A DNA stretch of 64,000 nt. Source: Lachnospiraceae bacterium UBA4338. Its GTDB lineage: Bacteria; Bacillota; Clostridia; Lachnospirales; Lachnospiraceae. Both the position numbers and the translations under genes were made by a program. The first letter of the stretch is position 1. Each line of letters begins with the position of its first letter. The notes below the pieces were generated by a model, which saw only the letters and a list, made by a program, of their open reading frames with translations, was not told the DNA's origin and made no database searches. Shown one piece after another: positions 56,867 to 64,000 of this stretch. Location of the stretch: the NCBI GenBank assembly GCA_002393735.1, contig DGTK01000017.1, forward strand, positions 115,544-179,543, read 5' to 3'.

Positions 56867-57420
56867 TAGCTGCTCCTAAACTGCATAAATGTATGTTTGC
56901 ATGTCTTATATTCTTTGACTTTATATATTTCAAGGTCTAAGCCATCAATATAATCAAAGTTCTCTTCCAATGTTGATTCTACAATAATTTTGGTACTTTG
57001 GCAACAAACATCGGATTTTACTATTTCTTCAATTATATCCTTATAAGTGGATTCCTTAAAAGGAGGATCAAGAAAAATTATATCAGCCTTTTCTTTTGCC
57101 TGGCTTCTTAAAAAAGCAATTACATCGCCGCTTACAACACAGGCTTTTGAATCAAGGTGTGTGAAACTAAGGTTTTCCTTAATGCATTTAAGGGCTTCCT
57201 TGTTCCTTTCAACCAGATAAGCCTTTTTTGCGCCCCTGCTTAAAGCCTCAATTGCTATGGCTCCGCTTCCGCTGAACAAATCAACGAAAATACAGTCATA
57301 TATATAATTATTAAGGCAGTTAAATAAAGTTTCTTTATGTTTATCTATTGTCGGCCTTGTATTATCGCCTTTCGGTGATTTTAGAGGAAGGCTTCTTGCT
57401 GTACCTGCAATTACTCTCAT
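56866..57420 (-). CDS. rsmD: 16S rRNA m2G966 methyltransferase RsmD
   Basis: MRVIAG, TRPT, DLFSGSG, EALSRG, DPPF. Confidence 0.95.
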   Translation of the reverse strand: MRVIAGTARSLPLKSPKGDNTRPTIDKHKETLFNCLNNYIYDCIFVDLFSGSGAIAIEALSRGAKKAYLVERNKEALKCIKENLSFTHLDSKACVVSGDVIAFLRSQAKEKADIIFLDPPFKESTYKDIIEEIVKSDVCCQSTKIIVESTLEENFDYIDGLDLEIYKVKEYKTCKHTFMQFRSS

Positions 57421-59654
57421 TATCTTAACTTGCTACCCTTTGAATCCCTGCTTAACAATTTAAGCTTGCTTAAATCAACATCCTTATCATGATAATTAAT
57501 TACTTTGCTCTCGCCCTCGTTTATATAATAAATATCTTCAAGGTAAGCGCCTGCATTTAATTTCATACCTCTTACACCAACAGCATTCTTCTTCTTTTCA
57601 GGAATATCATCAATGCTGAATCTTAAGAAATATCCATCTGTTGACTTAAATACCACATAGCCCCTGGTATTAAGTACAGATATATATGCGACCTTATCAT
57701 CATCCATAAGCTTGGTTGCTGCAATCTGACGACGGCTTACATCGAATTCATCACCGCTTACAACCTTACACATACCCATCTTTGTGATAAATAAGAATCT
57801 GTAAAGATTAATATCTGATAATGAGCAAAGGCATATGATTGCCTCATCCTTTGAATTATAAAGGCTTATATTATCAATGGCTACGCCCTTATCTTTTGCT
57901 CTTCCCATTGGAATGTCGAAGTTCTTGATGGTATACATGTTACCCATATCTGTGAAGGCGCAGATTTTGCCAGTATTTTTGGTTAAGACAATATACTTAT
58001 TCTCTTCGTTGATTGTTTCAATGTTACGTTCATAAGCCAGCTTATCCACGCACTTGATATAACCGAATCTGTCCATAAGAACATAAATATCTGTCTCTTC
58101 CACAGCCTTTTCTTCATATACGGCCTCTTCGGCATTCTCGATAACTGTTCTTCTTGGGCGCCCGAAGTTTTTCTTGTAATAATCAAGGTCATTGATGATA
58201 ACCTGAGTCATGGAATCGTGTCTGTCCAGGATATCCTCATACATGTAGATATTGGCCATGGTCTCGTCGTGTTCCTTAATAAGGGCATCGATTTCAAGAC
58301 CTATTAACTTATATAATCTCATTTCAAGGATGGCATTGGCCTGCTTCTCTGTAAAGTTAAGCAGAGACGCCATAACCTTGGATTCTTTGGACTTAAAATT
58401 AATACCTAAAGTCTCGCCGTTAACCAGGCAGTTCTTCGCCATCTGTCTGTCTTTTGAGCCTCTTAAAATCTCAATAATCAGGTCAATTACATTGCAGGCT
58501 CTTATAAGACCTTCCTGGATTTCTTTTCTCTCATTTTCCTTTTCTAAAAGAGTTGTATATTTCCTCTTGTTAACTTCGTAATAAAAATCAACGCAGTTCT
58601 TAATAACGCCCTTAAGTCCCAGGATTTCCGGCTTATTATCAGCAATTGCAAGCATATTAACGCCGAAGGTATCTTCAAGTTTTGTCTTTTTATATAAAAG
58701 ATTTACAAAATTCTCGGCGTCAGCATCCTTCTTAAGTTCGATAACGATTTTAATCCCTTCTTTGGAAGACTGATTGGTAATATCCACAATTTCAGGAGCC
58801 TTCTTGGAATCATAAAGTGCTGCCACATCAGATAAGAACTTGGATATATTCATACCTATCATGGTATAAGGAATCTCAGTAATAACCACATTGGTTTTAC
58901 CATTCTTACCCTTTTCGATATCAACCTTTCCTCTTATCTTTATCTTTCCAACACCGGTTTCATAAATATCTAAAAGGTCGTCCTTATTTATAACTATTCC
59001 ACCTGTTGGAAAATCAGGCCCCTTAACATATTTCATTAATTCCTTGGTTGTGATTTCAGGATTATTAAGATAAGCCTTGGTAGCATCAATAACCTCGCTT
59101 AAGTTATGAGGCGGGGTGCTGGTAACCATACCAACCGCAATACCTTCAGAGCCGTTAATAAGGAAATTAGGTATCTTACAAGGCAGAACCTCAGGCTCTT
59201 CTTCGGTTTCATCAAAGTTAGGAATGAAATTAACCACATCTTTATCAAGATCGGCAAGGAAGCCTTCCTGAGTTACTTTTTGAAGCCTTGCTTCGGTATA
59301 ACGCATGGCTGCGGCCCCATCACCTTCGATATTGCCAAAGTTACCATGACCGTCTACAAGTGGAAGTTCCTTCTTGAAATCCTGAGTCATTACAACCAGG
59401 GCTTCATATATGGAACTGTCACCGTGGGGATGATATTTACCCATGGTATCACCCACAATTCTGGCGCTTTTACGATATGGCTTATCATATTTAATGCCAA
59501 GTTCATGCATATCATACAGGGTACGCCTCTGAACCGGTTTAAGACCGTCTCTGACATCCGGAACGGCTCTTGATATGATAACGCTCATGGCGTAATCAAT
59601 ATAGGATTTCTCCATTACTTCACTATATTCTGTTTTAAGAATTGTTTCAGGCAT
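57420..59654 (-). CDS. parC: Type IIA topoisomerase subunit A (Topo IV ParC-like)
   Basis: [19 protein letters not shown] catalytic Tyr; no GyrA box; short C-terminal domain. Confidence 0.85.
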   Translation of the reverse strand: MPETILKTEYSEVMEKSYIDYAMSVIISRAVPDVRDGLKPVQRRTLYDMHELGIKYDKPYRKSARIVGDTMGKYHPHGDSSIYEALVVMTQDFKKELPLVDGHGNFGNIEGDGAAAMRYTEARLQKVTQEGFLADLDKDVVNFIPNFDETEEEPEVLPCKIPNFLINGSEGIAVGMVTSTPPHNLSEVIDATKAYLNNPEITTKELMKYVKGPDFPTGGIVINKDDLLDIYETGVGKIKIRGKVDIEKGKNGKTNVVITEIPYTMIGMNISKFLSDVAALYDSKKAPEIVDITNQSSKEGIKIVIELKKDADAENFVNLLYKKTKLEDTFGVNMLAIADNKPEILGLKGVIKNCVDFYYEVNKRKYTTLLEKENERKEIQEGLIRACNVIDLIIEILRGSKDRQMAKNCLVNGETLGINFKSKESKVMASLLNFTEKQANAILEMRLYKLIGLEIDALIKEHDETMANIYMYEDILDRHDSMTQVIINDLDYYKKNFGRPRRTVIENAEEAVYEEKAVEETDIYVLMDRFGYIKCVDKLAYERNIETINEENKYIVLTKNTGKICAFTDMGNMYTIKNFDIPMGRAKDKGVAIDNISLYNSKDEAIICLCSLSDINLYRFLFITKMGMCKVVSGDEFDVSRRQIAATKLMDDDKVAYISVLNTRGYVVFKSTDGYFLRFSIDDIPEKKKNAVGVRGMKLNAGAYLEDIYYINEGESKVINYHDKDVDLSKLKLLSRDSKGSKLR

Positions 59655-59675
59655 TACTTAAACCTCTTTTATTTT

Positions 59676-61607
59676 TTATACGTCAAGAACAGCATCTTTG
59701 GCATGTTCATAAATAAAATCTTTTCTAGGCTGAACATCTGAGCCCATTAAAAGTCCTGTAGTTTTGCTTGCAAGAGATGCATCTTCTATTCTGACTCTCT
59801 TAAGATTTCTATTCTCCGGATCAAGGGTTGTCTCCCATAACTGCTGCGCATCCATCTCACCAAGACCTTTATATCTTTGAAGCGTGAAAGGTCCTTTATG
59901 TTTCTTTCTGTACTGACTTAAGGCATAATCATCATAAAGATATTCTTCCTTGCCCTTTGACGGAATTGCCTTATATAAAGGCGGCATAGCGATATAAACA
60001 TGGCCTTCCATAATAAGCTCCGGCATAAAGCGATAGAAAAGCGTAAGAAGCAGCGTACAGATATGCGCACCATCCACGTCCGCATCCGCCATAATAATAA
60101 TCTTATCATATCTAAGCTTACTTATGTCAAAATCATTGCCGTATCCTTCCGAGAAACCGCAGCCAAAAGCATTAATCATGGTTTTGATTTCTGCATTGGC
60201 GAGGATTTTATCAATGCTGGCTTTTTCAACATTAAGAATCTTACCTCTTATAGGCAAAATAGCCTGATATTTCCTGTCTCTTGCTGTCTTTGCACTGCCG
60301 CCGGCAGAATCACCTTCGACTATGAAAATCTCGCACATTGAAGCATCCTTGGATTCGCAGTTGGCAAGTTTGCCATTGGAATCAAAAGAGAATTTAGGCT
60401 TTGTAAGCATATTTGTTTTAGCCTTCTCTTCTGCCTTACGAATCTTTGCTGCCTTCTCAGCTGAAGAAATAATATTCTTAAGAGTTTCCAGATTTCTGTC
60501 AAAGAATAAAACAAGTTCATCACCCGCAACCTTGGATACTGCTTTAGCTGCATCCTGGTTATCAAGTTTGGTCTTGGTCTGGCCTTCAAATCTTGGAGAG
60601 GGATGCTTAACACTTATAACACATACAAGACCTGATCTGACCTCAGAACCGGTGAAGTTGGCATCTTTATCCTTAAGAGTACCAAGCATTCTTGCATAGT
60701 TATTTATTACCGTGGTTAAAGTAGTCTTAAAACCTGTAATGTGTGTACCGCCTTCAGCGTTGTAGATATTATTACAGAATCCCAGTACTTCTTCATGAAA
60801 TTCATTTACATACTGAAATGCGCATTCCACGATAATATCATCAGATGTGCCTTTGAAATATACGATATCGCTGGCTGTTTCCTTATCCTTATTGATATCA
60901 CTTATGAATCCTGACAAACCCCCCGGTTCATGATAAGTAATTTTCTCAGGACTTTCTTCTCTTTTATCCTCAAAGAATATGGTCAGTTCAGGATTAAGAT
61001 AAGCGGTTTCATGAAGTCTGTTTTTGATATCTTCAGATTTAAATCTGGTCTTCTCAAATATGGTATCATCCGGCAAGAAATTAATGGTTGTACCGGTCTG
61101 GCGGCTCTTTCCGATAATAGGAAGCAGGCCTTTATCAAGTTCTATTGTTGGAATACCGCACTCATATTCATCCTTATAAACAAAACCATCTCTTTTGATG
61201 GTAACTGTCATCTTCTTCGAAAGCGCATTAACAACAGATGAACCTACACCATGAAGACCACCGGCATTCTTGTAAATGCTGTTACCGAACTTACCGCCTG
61301 CATGAAGCGTGGTAAATACAAGTCTTGCAGCACTGACACCTTTTTCATGCATGTCTACAGGAACACCACGACCATTATCTGATACAGTAGCAGAACCGTC
61401 TTTTTCCAGTGTTACATGGATTTCCGAACAATATCCTGCCATATGCTCATCTACTGAGTTATCAACTATTTCATATACTAAATGATTAAGACCTTTGGTA
61501 GATACAGAACCTATATACATACCAGGTCTTTCCCTTACTGCTTCAAGTCCTTCGAGGACGGTAATGGCAGAGGAATCATATACTACTTCTTCATCTTTCT
61601 TACTCAA
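59676..61607 (-). CDS. parE: Type IIA topoisomerase subunit B (Topo IV ParE-like)
   Basis: EIVDNSVDE, GLHGVG, EGDSAGG, PIRGK, DADVDG, YKGLGEM. TTG start at 61607 after GGAGG. Confidence 0.85.
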   Translation of the reverse strand: MSKKDEEVVYDSSAITVLEGLEAVRERPGMYIGSVSTKGLNHLVYEIVDNSVDEHMAGYCSEIHVTLEKDGSATVSDNGRGVPVDMHEKGVSAARLVFTTLHAGGKFGNSIYKNAGGLHGVGSSVVNALSKKMTVTIKRDGFVYKDEYECGIPTIELDKGLLPIIGKSRQTGTTINFLPDDTIFEKTRFKSEDIKNRLHETAYLNPELTIFFEDKREESPEKITYHEPGGLSGFISDINKDKETASDIVYFKGTSDDIIVECAFQYVNEFHEEVLGFCNNIYNAEGGTHITGFKTTLTTVINNYARMLGTLKDKDANFTGSEVRSGLVCVISVKHPSPRFEGQTKTKLDNQDAAKAVSKVAGDELVLFFDRNLETLKNIISSAEKAAKIRKAEEKAKTNMLTKPKFSFDSNGKLANCESKDASMCEIFIVEGDSAGGSAKTARDRKYQAILPIRGKILNVEKASIDKILANAEIKTMINAFGCGFSEGYGNDFDISKLRYDKIIIMADADVDGAHICTLLLTLFYRFMPELIMEGHVYIAMPPLYKAIPSKGKEEYLYDDYALSQYRKKHKGPFTLQRYKGLGEMDAQQLWETTLDPENRNLKRVRIEDASLASKTTGLLMGSDVQPRKDFIYEHAKDAVLDV

Positions 61608-61761
61608 TTTTATCCTCCTAAATAAGGCTAAATATCCCAATAAGCCTTTTAGCCCAAAATACTAAATCATTTTATCACAAAAAACTTAAAAATTAAAGTA
61701 GAAAATACAAGGTATTGTGGTTTGATTACATAATAAATACATTATGTATACGAAGGACGGC

Positions 61762-61795
61762 AAAATCAAAGCCTGCAGCATATTGCCACAGGCTT
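61762..61795 (-). terminator. Putative terminator after recG
   Basis: aagcctg/caggctt stem with a T-rich tail on the minus strand. Confidence 0.55.
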
Positions 61796-61800
61796 AAATT

Positions 61801-63777
61801 CTAATTCATCTCTTCATCCGCAATTTGTTTTGCCAAAAACAGCATTTTACTGTCTGTATAAATGTCGGCGATTTTGAAAAGCATCACTCCGCTTTGCCTT
61901 ACGCCGAGTACATCTCCGGGGCCTCTTAACCTTAAGTCCTCATTTGCTATATGAAAGCCGTCATTAGAATGATATACAACGTCCAGTCTTTCTATTGACT
62001 CATCGGTTGGATTACAGTTAATAAACATACAGTATGACTGGGCATCGCCTCTTCCGACTCTTCCTCTTATCTGATGAAGCTGTGATAAACCGAATCTTTC
62101 GGCATTCTCTATCATGATGACGGTTGCATTCGGAACATCAATACCAACTTCAATTACTGTGGTAGAAACCAGAATATCTATGTTTCCGTCCTTAAAATCA
62201 TTCATTATTTTGTCTTTGTCCTTAGCAGACAACTGACCGTGGAGGTACTGTATATTATACTTATTTCCAAATATTTCCTGTAATTCTTTTGAATAAGTAA
62301 CAACATCCTTTAATGATGTTTCATCTTCGTTTTCAAGCGCCATGGGACATATCACATAGGCCTGATGTCCTAAACAAAGTTCCTTATTTATTACGCTATA
62401 TGCTTTTGCCCTGTCTTCTTTTAATAATACAGCATTTTTGATTGCAAGCCTGTTTGCCGGTTTATCAGGTATAATGCTGACATTAAGATTTGCATACAGC
62501 GCCTGTGCAAGGCTTCTTGGAATTGGCGTTGCACTCATAATGAGATTATGAATATTATTACCTTTATCACTAAGCTTTTCCCGTTGATTTACACCAAAAC
62601 GATGCATTTCATCGGTAACTGTAAGCGCAAGATTCTTTATTACAACATCATCTTCTATAAGCGCATGGGTACCGATTATAAGATTATATTCGCCGTTAGC
62701 TGCCTTTTCTTTGATTTCTCTTTTGTTTTTGGCACTTACCGAACCTGTAAGAAGGGCAATTTTAAGTCCTAAATTATATTTTTCATTATAATCTTCTATT
62801 GTTTTATAATGCTGATTTGCAAGAACTTCCGTAGGAGCCATCAGCGCTGATGAAAGCCCATTTGATGCTACAGTAAGTATTGCAATTAATGAAACCAGCG
62901 TTTTACCTGAGCCTACATCACCCTGAATCAGGCGATTCATCACAATTCCACTTGTAAGATCAGAAGTTATATCATTAATGGCACTTTTCTGACCAGAGGT
63001 AAGTTCAAAAGGAAGTTTCTCAATAAATCTTGTTACATCTGCAGTCTCTATAATCGAAAAATCTGATTTTTTATCAAGAAGTTCTTTCTTTTTTTCATTA
63101 ATTTCCCTGAAAAATTCAAGGAATTCCTCAAAGGCCAGCCTGTTTCTTGCCATTCTTACATCGCTGTAGTCTTTAGGGAAATGAATAAGCTTAATTGCAT
63201 CATTATATGATATAAGTTTTGTTTTACTTAAAATATTCTCATCAAGCGTTTCATCAAGGGGAATGAATTCATTTAATGCTTCGTGGACATATTTAATCAA
63301 AGCCCGGTTTGTTACAGACTTTGTTAATGAATATATTGGATTAAGATTTTTGGTCAGGTTAATATAATCGTTATAATCATATATTTCAGGGGCGTCCATT
63401 TTGACACTGGTACCCTTAACGGTTACTTTTCCGTAGAATACCTTCATGGTATTCTTCTTTAAAACTCTCGTTAAGTAATCCTGCCTGAAAAATGTAATAT
63501 CAACTTTCCCCGTATTATCAAAGCCCACGGCTTTAATAATATTCATTTTGGATGTTTTAATTAAGGATGCGCTCTGGAAAATAGTTAAATAAAGGGCAAT
63601 TTTCTCCCCATCTTTAGCATCCTTAACCTCTTTTATGGGATTATAAGTGGAATAATCTCTTGGATAATAGTTTAATAAATCATAAATAGAATTTATATTA
63701 AGACGACTTAAAGGGATTGAGGTTTTCTCCCCAATCCCTTTTAGCTTTTTAATTGATACTTCTTTAATATCTGACAT
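61801..63777 (-). CDS. recG: ATP-dependent DNA helicase RecG
   Basis: QGDVGSGKT, DEMHRFG, SATPIPR, QIRGRVGRG, DLRLRGPG. Confidence 0.96.
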   Translation of the reverse strand: MSDIKEVSIKKLKGIGEKTSIPLSRLNINSIYDLLNYYPRDYSTYNPIKEVKDAKDGEKIALYLTIFQSASLIKTSKMNIIKAVGFDNTGKVDITFFRQDYLTRVLKKNTMKVFYGKVTVKGTSVKMDAPEIYDYNDYINLTKNLNPIYSLTKSVTNRALIKYVHEALNEFIPLDETLDENILSKTKLISYNDAIKLIHFPKDYSDVRMARNRLAFEEFLEFFREINEKKKELLDKKSDFSIIETADVTRFIEKLPFELTSGQKSAINDITSDLTSGIVMNRLIQGDVGSGKTLVSLIAILTVASNGLSSALMAPTEVLANQHYKTIEDYNEKYNLGLKIALLTGSVSAKNKREIKEKAANGEYNLIIGTHALIEDDVVIKNLALTVTDEMHRFGVNQREKLSDKGNNIHNLIMSATPIPRSLAQALYANLNVSIIPDKPANRLAIKNAVLLKEDRAKAYSVINKELCLGHQAYVICPMALENEDETSLKDVVTYSKELQEIFGNKYNIQYLHGQLSAKDKDKIMNDFKDGNIDILVSTTVIEVGIDVPNATVIMIENAERFGLSQLHQIRGRVGRGDAQSYCMFINCNPTDESIERLDVVYHSNDGFHIANEDLRLRGPGDVLGVRQSGVMLFKIADIYTDSKMLFLAKQIADEEMN

Positions 63778-63778
63778 A

Positions 63779-64000
63779 TTATTCTACAGAAATAATGTAA
63801 TAATAGATAGGCTGTCCGCCATATTGTAATTCAATATCAAGTCCTGAATACTTCTTAGCTATGGTTTCCTTAAATGCATCTGCATCTTCGTTAGATACAT
63901 CTTCGCCATAATAGATGGTAATAAGCTCTGAATCATCATCAACAAGATTATCGATAAGTTCAGCAGTTACATCATTTATTTCCTTACCAACGGAAAGAAT
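63779..64000 (-). CDS. fakA: DAK2-domain fatty acid kinase subunit, C-terminal fragment (not in the ORF track)
   Basis: Manual translation gives ...SELITIYYGED...IELQYGGQPIYYYIISVE*; usual position upstream of recG. Confidence 0.88.
   Translation of the reverse strand: MLSVGKEINDVTAELIDNLVDDDSELITIYYGEDVSNEDADAFKETIAKKYSGLDIELQYGGQPIYYYIISVE

Noticed and set aside
57420-61607. DNA gyrase (gyrBA) marking the replication origin
   Set aside because: No GyrA box, short C-terminal domain, no dnaA/dnaN/recF nearby, and gene polarity is convergent.

Overview
This 64 kb window is low-GC Firmicutes core chromosome; gene order and protein style point to Clostridia, most likely Lachnospiraceae (inference). 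Left arm (+ strand): asp23-nusB-xseAB-ispA-dxs-tlyA-nadK-argR-[orphan]-recN, then mreBCD-pbp2-rodA-mgsA-dac, then yggS-sepF-[degenerate aroB]-rluD. Right arm (- strand): fakA-recG-parE-parC-rsmD-coaD, a his operon, a radical SAM pair with RNase G, an 8x SHOCT orphan, rplU-prp-rpmA-obgE-yhbY-nadD-yqeK. The middle holds lexA/yneA, a Xer-type recombinase, a GGDEF-EAL protein and an sdhCAB-like operon. Gene orientation converges at about 28.6-38 kb, as expected near the replication terminus, and a degenerate ~75-bp-period repeat array sits exactly where the switch begins. I found no rRNA, tRNA, CRISPR array, transposase or prophage. Most notable observations: the repeat array; two orphan proteins with disordered regions that share a [FYI]G[SQ][AS]L[LYF] motif; an intact but catalytically stripped AroB-derived ORF; an SdhA-like flavoprotein lacking the covalent-FAD His; REP-like hairpins with GCAAGC/GCGAAGC apices; and local absence of minCDE and of the usual sporulation neighbours. 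All homology calls are by eye; no searches were run.
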